Source: a bacterium (GTDB lineage Bacteria; Patescibacteriota; Minisyncoccia; Phycocordibacterales; UBA12445). From it: a stretch of DNA of 64,000 bases. Below are positions 47,223-56,262 of this stretch, piece by piece. A program made the position numbers and the translations under genes. The stretch lies in contig JAUSIP010000016.1 in assembly GCA_030648005.1 (NCBI GenBank), positions 1,110 to 65,109 on the forward strand, in the 5' to 3' direction. The notes beneath the pieces were generated by a model, which did not search any database, was not told where the DNA came from, and saw only the letters and a list, made by a program, of their open reading frames with translations. Within the stretch, counting starts at the first letter, position 1. The number at the start of each line of letters is the position of its first letter.

Positions 47223-48206
47223 ATGCCAAATTATAACATCGTTCTTCCATCGAAACCCCGAGTCGTCTCTGAAGCGGATTTTAAGGGTGTTTACGAGATA
47301 GATGGGCTTTATCCGGGCTATGGCCACACACTAGGAAACTCACTAAGAAGGATTATTTTATCCTCTTTGCCGGGTGCTGCTATCACATCCCTAAAGATTG
47401 TCGGTGTTGACCATGAGTTTTCTACTATCGAGGGCGTTAAGGAGGATGTTATTACTATACTTTTAAGCCTTAAGAAGGTCAGATTCAGACTGATTGATGA
47501 TAATCCTCAGAAGGTATTCCTTTCTGTGTCTGGAGCTAAGAAAGTAACCGCAGGGGACATAGAGGCACCGGCGGGAGTAGAAGTTTTAACTCCAGACTTC
47601 CACATAGCTACTCTAACCGACAAGAGCTCCAAGCTTGAGATTGAATTTGTGGTTGAGAAAGGACTTGGATTTGTGCCTAAGGAGGTTATCCACAAGGAGA
47701 AGGTTGATATCGGCACTATCTCCGTCGACGCCATCTTCACTCCTATTAGAAGGGTCAACTATGAGGTTGAGAACATGCGAGTTGGAGACAGGACAGACTA
47801 CAACAGACTACGCCTTTTCATCGAAACAGACGGCACTCTTACTGCCAGAGAAGCCCTTGAAACATCCATCTACACTATGATCTCACAGCTTAAGGCGATA
47901 GTTGGCTTCATAGAAGAAGTTCCTGAGGTTGCTGAGGAGGATAAGATCAGCGACGAGGAGTCTAAGGGTGGTGAGCAAGGTGGAGACAATGAGTCTGCTA
48001 GACAAGAAGATGTTATGAAGATCCGGATCGAAGATGTAAGCTTCTCTACAAGGACACAGAAGGCCTTATCTGAAGCAAGCATCAGGACAGTTGGCGGATT
48101 AGCCAGGAAGCGAGAGGAGGATCTCCGCAATATCGACGGTTTAGGCGAGAAGGGTATCTCTGAGATCAAGAGAGCCCTGGGTAATTATGGGATCAACCTT
48201 AAATAA
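47223..48206 (+). CDS. rpoA: DNA-directed RNA polymerase subunit alpha
   Basis: N-terminal dimerisation domain ([22 protein letters not shown]) and C-terminal domain (ALGNYGINL). Confidence 0.9.
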   Translation: [327 protein letters not shown]

Positions 48207-48227
48207 ATAAGAAACTAAAGAAATTCC

Positions 48228-48578
48228 ATGAGACACCACAATAGTGTAAGAAAATTAAGCAGAGAGACTGGGCAGAGGAAGGCACTGTTGCGTTCACTTG
48301 CGGAGAGTCTTGTTATCCACGGCAAGATCAAGACTACCGAGGCCAAGGCTAAGGAGTTGCGTCCGTTCATCGAGAAGCTAGTCACAAAAGGCAAGGACGG
48401 CACATTGGCTTCAAGAAGAATTTTAATCTCTAGACTTGGAAGCCCTGAGGTGGTTAAGAAGATGGTAGATGAGATAGCCAAGAAGTACACAGAGAGAAAA
48501 GGGGGCTATACCAGGATACTTAAGCTGGGCACAAGAGGAGGAGATGCCAGCCCGATGGCTTTAATCGAATTTGTATAA
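48228..48578 (+). CDS. rplQ: 50S ribosomal protein L17
   Basis: MRHHNSVRKLSRETGQRKALLRSL. Confidence 0.9.
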   Translation: MRHHNSVRKLSRETGQRKALLRSLAESLVIHGKIKTTEAKAKELRPFIEKLVTKGKDGTLASRRILISRLGSPEVVKKMVDEIAKKYTERKGGYTRILKLGTRGGDASPMALIEFV

Positions 48579-48933
48579 TCATATGACTACCAAATACACA
48601 ATAGACGCCAGCGGAAGGACGATAGGCAGGATAGCATCCGAAGCCGCTTTTATCATCATGGGCAAGAATACAGCGCAGTTTGCCAAGAATATCGCCCCTA
48701 AGGTATCCGTAAGCATCGTCAATGCTGCCAAGACTAAGATTACAGACAAGAAGAAGGAGGAGAAGGAGTATTACCACTTCACCGGCCACCCGAGTGGAAG
48801 AAAGAGCAATACACTAGGAATGGTGCTTGATAAGAAGGGACATGAAGAGGTCTTCCGCAATGCTGTATACGGCATGCTTCCGAAGAATAAGTTAAGGAAG
48901 GAGATGCTGAAGAATTTGATAGTTACAGAATAA
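48571..48933 (+). CDS. rplM: 50S ribosomal protein L13
   Basis: KYTIDASGRTIGRIASEAA...; start may be the internal Met at 48586. Confidence 0.85.
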   Translation: MYNHMTTKYTIDASGRTIGRIASEAAFIIMGKNTAQFAKNIAPKVSVSIVNAAKTKITDKKKEEKEYYHFTGHPSGRKSNTLGMVLDKKGHEEVFRNAVYGMLPKNKLRKEMLKNLIVTE

Positions 48934-48940
48934 TATTTAA

Positions 48941-49357
48941 ATGATGAAAACAGAGACTAAAGGAAAATATTTCGAGGCTGTAGGCAGAAGAAAGACTTCA
49001 ACTGCCAGAGTAAGACTTTACCCTCACGAGTCTACAAAGAACGTTTTTGTAATAAACGGCAAGGATATCAAAGAGTACTTTCCAACAGCTGAGATGAAGT
49101 ACATTGTAGCTTCTCCATTTGAGACATCAGCTACAGTTGCCAAGTATGAGGTTACAGTAGTGGCTACAGGTGGCGGGATACACTCTCAGGCTGAGGCGGT
49201 AAGGCACGGCATCTCAAGAGCCTTGCTTCTGACTGACGGTGAGCTAAGAAAGCTCCTCAAAAAGGCTAAGATGCTCAAGAGAGACCCACGAGCTAAGGAG
49301 CGAAGGAAATTCGGCCTCAAGAAGGCAAGAAAGGCTCCACAGTGGAGCAAGCGATAG
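48941..49357 (+). CDS. rpsI: 30S ribosomal protein S9
   Basis: ...GGGIHSQAEAVRHGISRALL...KARKAPQWSKR. Confidence 0.9.
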   Translation: MMKTETKGKYFEAVGRRKTSTARVRLYPHESTKNVFVINGKDIKEYFPTAEMKYIVASPFETSATVAKYEVTVVATGGGIHSQAEAVRHGISRALLLTDGELRKLLKKAKMLKRDPRAKERRKFGLKKARKAPQWSKR

Positions 49358-49369
49358 TTCAAAAATTAA

Positions 49370-49400
49370 AAAGATCCCGGAAACGGGGTCTTTTTGTTTG
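49370..49400 (+). terminator. Rho-independent terminator of the ribosomal-protein operon
   Basis: agatcccg-gaaa-cggggtct followed by tttttgtttg. Confidence 0.8.
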
Positions 49401-49408
49401 GCATGAGA

Positions 49409-49435
49409 AAACCGCCAGAGGTCTGGCGGTTTGGC
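49409..49435 (-). terminator. Terminator for minus-strand gene 49479..49736
   Basis: accgccaga-ggtc-tggcggt; on the minus strand it is followed by tttt; a second hairpin taagcag-taggt-ctgctta lies at 49441-49462. Confidence 0.6.
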
Positions 49436-49478
49436 GGCGGTAAGCAGTAGGTCTGCTTAGTACTTAAAAGAGGAGTGA

Positions 49479-49736
49479 TTAGACGTGCATCCAACCGTTG
49501 TCATCTTCATGGTAAATCCAGCCGAACTTGCCCATCTCACGGACCTCTTCTTCGGACATGTAGAGAACAAACATGTCGAAGTCTCCAACAAAGATACCAG
49601 CCTCGCTGAGGTCTATTTTCTCATCGAGATCAGCGTAGTAATTCTTCAGGATCTGAAGACCACCCAGAACACCATTCTTTTTGCTGGGATCCGATGAGTC
49701 TTCATCAAGAATCTCTACTGCTCGCTTGACGTTCAT
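49479..49736 (-). CDS. Hypothetical small acidic protein (85 aa)
   Basis: ORF bracketed by terminators; no recognisable motif. Confidence 0.4.
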   Translation of the reverse strand: MNVKRAVEILDEDSSDPSKKNGVLGGLQILKNYYADLDEKIDLSEAGIFVGDFDMFVLYMSEEEVREMGKFGWIYHEDDNGWMHV

Positions 49737-49969
49737 TTTGCTTCTACTCCCGTCTGTTGATTTAGTTGTCGAATAACTCGGCTAATTTCTATCTTCAAGT
49801 ATAGCATACTAAATATCAAACTGTCAATAGCAAATACAAAATACCATTATTTTATAAGGGGGATATTTTAATTTTGATTTCAGCAGATTCTATGTGATCA
49901 CAAGTTACTAAGTCTACTCATCCGCCCAGGGCGGATTGCGTGGACTAAGTACTTGCCGACCCCGACTCA

Positions 49970-50050
49970 CGGTTTTTGTTTTTTAGGAGAGAAAACAAAA
50001 ACATCGTTCCGCCTTCATAAAACTAAAAAAGTGGAGAAGTCCACTTTTTC
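49970..50050 (-). terminator. Two tandem hairpins with T-tracts downstream of the minus-strand tRNA cluster
   Basis: ggtttttgtttt-ttaggagag-aaaacaaaaac and aaaaagtgga-gaag-tccacttttt. Confidence 0.6.
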
Positions 50051-50061
50051 TTAACGTTTGA

Positions 50062-50133
50062 TGACCCTACAGAGAATCGAACTCTGATTTAAGCCTTGAG
50101 AAGGCTCCGTCCTAACCGTTAGACGATAGGGCC
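50062..50133 (-). tRNA. tRNA-Glu (anticodon CTC)
   Basis: Minus-strand sense ggcccta-tc-gtc-taacggttag-gac-g-gagcc-ttctcaa-ggctt-aaat-cagag-ttcgatt-ctctg-tagggtc-a; 3-bp D stem typical of tRNA-Glu. Confidence 0.75.
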
Positions 50134-50385
50134 AAATTGTAAACTAACTGCGACCAAACTCTGATTTCCTCCTTACAGGAGCGGTACACCTTTCGCACCC
50201 TACGGGGATGCTCAAGGTCTTGCAGTTGGGTCCCCAAGCCCAACCTCACCTCTCGAAGGCCGTGTCCTAACCGATAGTCCCGACCCCACAGGGTCGAGGA
50301 TCCTCGATTTTATGGAGATTTCGCTGTAACGAAATCGTAATAAAATCGGGAACGATAGGGCCGTTACTGTGAAACTATTCTAATA
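50134..50385 (-). other. About 250-nt GC-rich, highly structured region with degenerate tRNA-Glu-like segments (pseudo-tRNA, interrupted tRNA, or unknown ncRNA)
   Basis: Minus-strand sense begins ggccctatcg (identical to the tRNA-Glu 5' end), contains ctatcggttaggac (D-arm copy) and aaatcagagtt (variable/T copy) separated by nested hairpins (cgattttat...ataaaatcg; atttcg-ttacag-cgaaat; cgaccc-tgtg-gggtcg). No intact cloverleaf could be drawn. Confidence 0.4.
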
Positions 50386-50446
50386 TAACTTGCCAAGAAT
50401 GTAAAATATGATAGTATGAGAAAGGAGGTTTGTAAAGGAGGTCGTT

Positions 50447-50863
50447 TTGCCCCGCAAGAACAATGAGGAGCTCCGAAGGAAGGATCTCCCTAGTGGTAAA
50501 AAAAAGACCCGTTCACGCGGATGCCGAAGCAGAAAACCCAACAATAAGGTTAACCGCGGGAGATATTGGGAGGAGCGAATGGCTAAGCTCCTGGACGATA
50601 ATAACATCAAGTACACAGCCAATAGATCATTTAAAACGGTTAATAAGAAAGGATATAGAAACCATAGGGAAGTTGATTTCTGCCTCCATGAAGATCTAAG
50701 TGTCTTGCGACGAGAACATCCGATCCGGTACATTGAAGTTAAGAGTGGAAAACTAGATAGAGACCAGCAGGAGGATCTTCGTAATGCTGGAATTTATACC
50801 GACATTATCATCCCCCTAGACATAATCTATTGGGAAATACATGGTCTTTCTTTGCAGAAATAA
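50447..50863 (+). CDS. PD-(D/E)xK nuclease-fold protein resembling Holliday-junction resolvase Hjc / YraN, with basic N-terminal extension
   Basis: TTG start 8 nt after AAGGAGG; ...GRYWEERMAKLL...VDFCLHEDLSVLRREHPIRYIEVKSGK (D...E-V-K signature as in Hjc DLVA...CIEVK). Confidence 0.45.
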   Translation: MPRKNNEELRRKDLPSGKKKTRSRGCRSRKPNNKVNRGRYWEERMAKLLDDNNIKYTANRSFKTVNKKGYRNHREVDFCLHEDLSVLRREHPIRYIEVKSGKLDRDQQEDLRNAGIYTDIIIPLDIIYWEIHGLSLQK

Positions 50864-50938
50864 ATCTAGAACTACCCCGGCTACTTAGCCGGATTTTTTC
50901 TTGCCACGCCGATAAGGCGGGTATGCTATAATTATCCA

Positions 50939-51574
50939 ATGAACTTTATAGACACGTTTCTTCATATCGATACATACTTGGCCGGGTTGACATCTGACTA
51001 CGGCGTATATATCTATGCACTACTCTTCCTGGTTATCTTCTTAGAGACTGGGATTGTAGCTACACCCTTCCTACCCGGAGATTCCCTACTCTTTGCTGCC
51101 GGAGCGATAGCAGCTTCGGCTGGCGGATTGAATATCTGGATCTTATTAGCTGTTATAGCTTCCGCATCCATAATTGGAGATTCCGTCAACTACACGATTG
51201 GTAGTTATCTGGGAGCAAGGGCATTTGGAGATCCTAATTCACAGATATTCAAGAAGGAGTATTTAGATCGCGCACAAGAATTTTACAGTAAATATGGCGA
51301 CAGGGCGGTGGTATTGGGGCGCTTCTTCCCAATCATTAGGACATTTGTTCCATTTGTTGCTGGTGTCAGTAATATGAAATATGATAAGTTTGTCTTTTTT
51401 AATATAACAGGCGGAATACTCTGGACACTAGTTTTCTGCTTCGGCGGATACCTCTTCGGCAATATCCAGATAGTGAAAGACAATTTCACTGCCGTTATCT
51501 TTGGTATTATTATTATTTCTCTCCTACCAGGGATTTACCATCTGTTTGCAAATAGATTAAGAATACGTGAGTAA
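50939..51574 (+). CDS. DedA-family membrane protein
   Basis: LPGDSLLFAAGAIAAS...GRFFPIIRTFVPFVAGVSNMKY. Confidence 0.8.
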   Translation: MNFIDTFLHIDTYLAGLTSDYGVYIYALLFLVIFLETGIVATPFLPGDSLLFAAGAIAASAGGLNIWILLAVIASASIIGDSVNYTIGSYLGARAFGDPNSQIFKKEYLDRAQEFYSKYGDRAVVLGRFFPIIRTFVPFVAGVSNMKYDKFVFFNITGGILWTLVFCFGGYLFGNIQIVKDNFTAVIFGIIIISLLPGIYHLFANRLRIRE

Positions 51575-51647
51575 GCATACATTGACTATTTAAGCCAAAA
51601 GACTTAACTTGAATACGGATGTTTTTAGTCTTTGACTCAAGGGAGTT

Positions 51648-52139
51648 TTGCAGATGCTTATCGTCGTACCTGAATTCAAAGAAGTGAAGGGTCAACTGGT
51701 CTTCCTTGCTGGCCCCATACAAGGCGCGGAAGACTGGCAGAGTTTTGCTATTAATTTTTTCTCAAAGAGATGTCCGTCGTTGGATATAGCTACCCCGAGG
51801 GGTAATTATAAAGATCTTAACTTCGATTACGATAAGCAAGTAGACTGGGAATCCTTTTACCTCGCGATGGCATCTAAGAGTGCTGGAATTCTCTTCTGGC
51901 TAGCAAAAGAGAAGACGCATTACTGCGACAGGTCTTATGCACAAACAACAAGATTTGAACTGGCTGAATGGGTGATAAAAAACACCATCAATCCGTTTGT
52001 AAATCTTTTCATTGGCATCGAGCCAGGATTTACCGGCGCGAAATATATTAGAAGGCGACTTAGCCGGGAGTGTCCGGAAATTGTAATACACGAGACCCTC
52101 GAGGCGCTCTGCGAAGAGGTGATCTTGAATGTCCGTTAA
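51648..52139 (+). CDS. Nucleoside 2-deoxyribosyltransferase-like (NDT/YtoQ-fold) protein
   Basis: LVFLAGPIQGAEDWQ flavodoxin-like N-terminus typical of the NDT-like superfamily; otherwise unrecognised. Confidence 0.3.
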   Translation: MQMLIVVPEFKEVKGQLVFLAGPIQGAEDWQSFAINFFSKRCPSLDIATPRGNYKDLNFDYDKQVDWESFYLAMASKSAGILFWLAKEKTHYCDRSYAQTTRFELAEWVIKNTINPFVNLFIGIEPGFTGAKYIRRRLSRECPEIVIHETLEALCEEVILNVR

Positions 52140-52494
52140 ACCCGAGCTTGATTTCGATAGACCGCGACAAGTTACAAAAATCCCAGTATTTCCTGAGAAT
52201 TCAGCAGGACTCAATCGAGGTAGTGTACTCGAGATTACATCGCTCATGCCGGAAGCCGCTCAGTTGGGAGGGCTAAAAGTCGGAAAGAAGATTATGCTGG
52301 GCTATGATGGCACACATATCCGCTCGGGGCCACTTATCTGGCTGGTAGAAAAGATCATTGAAGAGATAGCCTACGGCTGGTGGAAAGTTATCGAGGTGCC
52401 ATTGCCCGACTTCTCAAATGCGGAATTCAACAAGGAATTCGCCTTGATTATCGAACATCTAGAACTTGTACCAGTCATCAAGCTGGATTCCTAA
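52129..52494 (+). CDS. Hypothetical protein (121 aa)
   Basis: Overlaps the previous gene by 11 nt (coupled); no recognisable motif. Confidence 0.4.
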   Translation: MSVKPELDFDRPRQVTKIPVFPENSAGLNRGSVLEITSLMPEAAQLGGLKVGKKIMLGYDGTHIRSGPLIWLVEKIIEEIAYGWWKVIEVPLPDFSNAEFNKEFALIIEHLELVPVIKLDS

Positions 52495-52509
52495 TCAGAT
52501 CACACTCTT

Positions 52510-52538
52510 TACCCCCGCTTAGCGGGGGATTTTTTTTA
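52510..52538 (+). terminator. Rho-independent terminator
   Basis: cccccgc-ttag-gcggggg followed by a T8 run. Confidence 0.8.
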
Positions 52539-52557
52539 TGAAATTTGATAGACTCCA

Positions 52558-53097
52558 GTGGTGACCATACAAATGATCCACCATACAATAAAGCATGTTG
52601 ATGTCTTCCCGGAGGAGGCTTGTGTTGAGCCTGCATTTTATAGCACTAGGCGCACTGCGAAGGGAATCGTCCTTGATTCGCATAGAAAAGTTGCCTTAGT
52701 GTCTAAAAAAGGGAGTGGTTTCTACTTCCTGCCTGGCGGTGGAATTGAGGAGGGGGAGTCGACAGAGGAAGCGCTTAAAAGGGAGTGTGCTGAAGAGATG
52801 GGGCAAAGTATAAAGATCGAAAGAAAGTTCGCGACAACTTCTGAATACCGCGCCAAGTCTGCAGAATTATATGAGACATCATGCTTTATAGCCCGCTTAT
52901 CAGAAGACGGACAAGATTTGGAGGTCATACCCGACGATAGCTTGCTTGGTATGGAGGTACTCTGGATAGGTAAGCCGGAAGCGATAGAACTATTAAAAAA
53001 ACAGGCTAAAAAAATAACTGATAAAACAGATAACTATTACAGCCGTAAATTTAATACTCTCCGCGATCTATACTTCATAGATAAAAGTTTGATATAA
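52558..53097 (+). CDS. NUDIX hydrolase
   Basis: Nudix box GGGIEEGESTEEALKRECAEEMG. Confidence 0.8.
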   Translation: MVTIQMIHHTIKHVDVFPEEACVEPAFYSTRRTAKGIVLDSHRKVALVSKKGSGFYFLPGGGIEEGESTEEALKRECAEEMGQSIKIERKFATTSEYRAKSAELYETSCFIARLSEDGQDLEVIPDDSLLGMEVLWIGKPEAIELLKKQAKKITDKTDNYYSRKFNTLRDLYFIDKSLI

Positions 53098-53103
53098 ATA
53101 AAA

Positions 53104-53124
53104 GGCCTCCAGTTTGCGGAGGCC
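53104..53124. terminator. Hairpin shared by the convergent NUDIX gene and the 53144-53503 gene
   Basis: ggcctcc-agtttgc-ggaggcc. Confidence 0.5.
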
Positions 53125-53143
53125 AGCCAGATTTTCTACTCAC

Positions 53144-53503
53144 TTAATTTTCTTTACGTGGCTTCTTTGGTTTATTTAGGAAGAGCGACCAACATTGAAC
53201 CGGCGTGATCCCTAGCGTCTCTGCTAACTTTATGATACCCATCGTAAACGCGGTATTAATATATCTATCGTACAAGAACCGGCGACCAAAAACATTGATG
53301 TACTCTTGCATATTTATACCATACTGCTTGCTTAATATTAGAGTGAGATCCTCTTCATTTTTCGGCAAGGTAGCCGTGAACTTAGTGTTGAAGTCCGCTA
53401 GTCTCTCTTTGACTTCATTAGTATCGAGTTCAATATATTTGAGCTCCTCGAAGGCTTCATCCAGCTCCTTCTTTGTGTAGGGCGAATTTATTATACCCAC
53501 CAC
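53144..53503 (-). CDS. Hypothetical protein (119 aa)
   Basis: ORF with SD-like ggggatgagtgg upstream; no recognisable motif. Confidence 0.4.
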   Translation of the reverse strand: MVGIINSPYTKKELDEAFEELKYIELDTNEVKERLADFNTKFTATLPKNEEDLTLILSKQYGINMQEYINVFGRRFLYDRYINTAFTMGIIKLAETLGITPVQCWSLFLNKPKKPRKEN

Positions 53504-53596
53504 TCATCCCCCTTTTTTTTATAAACGTCCAATTATCTGACATAATCATAGCCTTTTTTCTTAAAATAATGTAGTCTCTAACACGGAGGTGTTGAC

Positions 53597-54631
53597 ATGA
53601 AAATCGAAGAAGTGGCGAAGATTGACATGGCTAAACTGATCAACGCCACAGGGCTCACAGAAGAAGAGGTACTCACAGCACTTAGAGTGTCTAATCCAAA
53701 ACGATGGCTTAGGGATATGAAGGCAGCGAAGACTATTGGGGAATCCCGACGAGTCTATGATGCGGCGAGCGATGATCTGGAGAACAAAGATCCGGTCAGA
53801 AAGAAGATACTCTACATGCACGAAGCAAGGTGCCAGGCTGTCGTTGATCAAAAAAAGATTGACTCTGTCGAAGACTTGTATGAAATAGTTAATCGTGGAA
53901 TTGTAGATGGCCCAGCATTCACTAAGGCTGCATGGCTTCTCGTCGCATGCATAAAACAACTAGGCCAGTTCGCAAGACTCTATCGTCAACTCATCGAAAA
54001 GAAAAGCACCAATGATGCCTTGATCACAACTGTGGCCGGTGAATTCATCGCTTCATGCATGCTTGAACTGGAGAAGCCGACGCTTACAATGGAAGAGCTC
54101 TATGGTATCCGTGCATACTCATCTTATCTTCCACCTACCCATCCTGTCCGGCATTATGCAAACAAAAAATTCAAGATTGCCCTCGGGAAATTCCTGTCAG
54201 AACCGCGTGTGCTTACTGAACTCACAACTGCTCGGGGCTGGGCTAGAGAAAAACGGGAATTTTCCCGTATAGACTCCCTGATATTCAAGATCGTGGTGAA
54301 GGAGTGTGAAAACAACCCCGTCTTCGCTAATGCTTGTGAAGTTCTAGTCAGATATTTTAATCTGATCGGCCCGAATTCAGCTCAGCGTAAATGCCTGACT
54401 ATACTTGCTGGAAGAGCCCAAACTTTCGATGAGCTTCGGCATGTCTTCGATCGCTACTCCCATGGAAGCTACTTGGATAATCTCCGCCGAAAGATGATTG
54501 ATAAGCTAGTGGCCCTGGCTTCTACGGTTGAACGGCTCATGTTTATTTATGAGAGAGGAGGATCTGGGCTGGTGACGTCTGCTAACAAGAGAAAGATCAT
54601 CCAAAAGTTGGCAAAGATGTACACCAAATAA
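53597..54631 (+). CDS. Hypothetical all-alpha protein (344 aa)
   Basis: SD GGAGG 7 nt before the start; GC about 48%; no recognisable motif. Confidence 0.45.
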   Translation: MKIEEVAKIDMAKLINATGLTEEEVLTALRVSNPKRWLRDMKAAKTIGESRRVYDAASDDLENKDPVRKKILYMHEARCQAVVDQKKIDSVEDLYEIVNRGIVDGPAFTKAAWLLVACIKQLGQFARLYRQLIEKKSTNDALITTVAGEFIASCMLELEKPTLTMEELYGIRAYSSYLPPTHPVRHYANKKFKIALGKFLSEPRVLTELTTARGWAREKREFSRIDSLIFKIVVKECENNPVFANACEVLVRYFNLIGPNSAQRKCLTILAGRAQTFDELRHVFDRYSHGSYLDNLRRKMIDKLVALASTVERLMFIYERGGSGLVTSANKRKIIQKLAKMYTK

Positions 54632-54640
54632 GTAAGAAGA

Positions 54641-54678
54641 AACCCCCTGCGGAAATCGCGGGGGGTTATTAATTTTTT
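54641..54678. terminator. Bidirectional terminator
   Basis: aaccccctgcg-gaaat-cgcggggggtt followed by an AT/T run. Confidence 0.75.
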
Positions 54679-55246
54679 AACGATAGGATGTTGACAACAG
54701 GCTCATTCCCCAGTAGTCGTGGAAACCGAGAGGCTCGCCATCTTCATATCTGTAGATTTCTTCGCGGCCATTGAAATTAGTGAAGTCGAAGAGACGCCCC
54801 TGGTTGAAGTAGATGAACGAATCTCCCTTATAGTACGCCGGGCCACGACCACCGATGAACTGCCCGGTTTCGTATGTCTTTCGCAACACAGCCCTTAGAA
54901 AAGGGATCGCCTCTTTTGAGTAAGCCCCACCATAGTTCATTATCCAAATCGGCCGATCCTTGAACCAGATTGTTGTCGTGCCGGCCGACCTCTCTTCTCC
55001 TGGAATTGCGCAATACTGATCCTGAAGACGGAAGTCGCCGTCTCGATAATGAATGGCCAGGAAGTCTGGCATATCGTGAACCTGTATCTCTTCCGAAAGA
55101 CCACTAGCCAAACATGACGCCATCGCTCTGAAGAAGAATTCGCGAATCTTACTGATGTCCACAGGACACCTCCTATTGCTCCATTTTTTTAAAATCAAAT
55201 CTATCGGCGATATTAACATAGAGTCAACCACCACGCAATATGACAA
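54677..55246 (-). CDS. Hypothetical protein (189 aa; real start may be an internal Met)
   Basis: Aromatic-rich C-terminal region (IWIMNYGGAY...GRGPAYYKGDSFIYFNQGRLFDFTNFNG); unrecognised. Confidence 0.4.
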   Translation of the reverse strand: MSYCVVVDSMLISPIDLILKKWSNRRCPVDISKIREFFFRAMASCLASGLSEEIQVHDMPDFLAIHYRDGDFRLQDQYCAIPGEERSAGTTTIWFKDRPIWIMNYGGAYSKEAIPFLRAVLRKTYETGQFIGGRGPAYYKGDSFIYFNQGRLFDFTNFNGREEIYRYEDGEPLGFHDYWGMSLLSTSYR

Positions 55247-55296
55247 TAAACCGGGAATTTCTACTATTCAACAATGAGTGGTAAAATAATAAGACA

Positions 55297-56262
55297 ATGT
55301 TGTTCTACTTTTATATTTTTATTTTTCTAGTCGCGATAGTATCGCTCGGGGTGTCGAGTGGGATGGTGGCACGTGCCTTGCTGAAACTCGGTAGGATTGT
55401 AGGGCTCAACGAATGCGTGCTTTCTTTTATGCTACTTGGGATCATAACCTCCTTGCCCGAAATATTTATCGCAACAGCATCCGTTATCACAAACAATCCA
55501 CTCTTATCGATTGGAAATATTATAGGTGCCAACTTCACCAATATCACTTTGGCTATCGGACTAGTGGCATATTTGTCTGGCGGAATAGATCTCTCTGGGC
55601 AAGTATCCAAGAGGGTTTTCTGGATATCATTCATGCTAGTTCTAATGCCTTCTTTTTTGGTTCTTGGAGGAGGGTTGTCTCGCTTCGACGGATTACTTCT
55701 ATGTTTAATGTTCCTAGCCTACATAATCGTCTTTTCTTATGATGGACAGTTTCTAGAAAAGTCAGCACCACATGTACCCTACGGTGTACACTACTTCTCT
55801 GAGGTTTATCCAAGCTTGATTAATCTTACCCTAGGACTACTAATACTTGTACTATCCTCAATTTTTATCATACTATTCACTGCTGGACTTACTAGCTATT
55901 GGCCCATCGACTTAATACTCTTTAGCACAGTTGTCCTCGGACTTGCCACCACGCTCCCTGAGCTCTTCTTTGGTATGAGAGGTGCAATAATGCAACACTC
56001 TTCGCTGGCAATGGGTAATATACTCGCATCAACCGTCTTTAATAGCACAGTCATCATCGGTCTACTCGCAATAGTATCGCCGACGGCCACGAATTCTTTA
56101 ACTGCCGGCCCAGTCATCCTAACTTCATCCTTCACCTTTTTAGCATTTATCTTACTATCGGTATTCTCTTACACCGGCTCTAGAATAAACCGCACGGAGG
56201 GGGTATTATTAATGTCGTTGTACTTTTTATTCATCACATCTGCTTCCGCACTTTATTTATAA
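55297..56262 (+). CDS. Ca2+/cation antiporter (CaCA, YrbG-like)
   Basis: Two alpha-repeats GNIIGANFTNITLAIG and GNILASTVFNSTVIIG. Confidence 0.8.
   Translation: MLFYFYIFIFLVAIVSLGVSSGMVARALLKLGRIVGLNECVLSFMLLGIITSLPEIFIATASVITNNPLLSIGNIIGANFTNITLAIGLVAYLSGGIDLSGQVSKRVFWISFMLVLMPSFLVLGGGLSRFDGLLLCLMFLAYIIVFSYDGQFLEKSAPHVPYGVHYFSEVYPSLINLTLGLLILVLSSIFIILFTAGLTSYWPIDLILFSTVVLGLATTLPELFFGMRGAIMQHSSLAMGNILASTVFNSTVIIGLLAIVSPTATNSLTAGPVILTSSFTFLAFILLSVFSYTGSRINRTEGVLLMSLYFLFITSASALYL

Noticed and set aside
50380-50733. ORF 50380..50733 (-) of 117 aa
   Set aside because: It overlaps both the structured tRNA-like region and the better-supported plus-strand nuclease gene (SD + TTG), and has no start signals.
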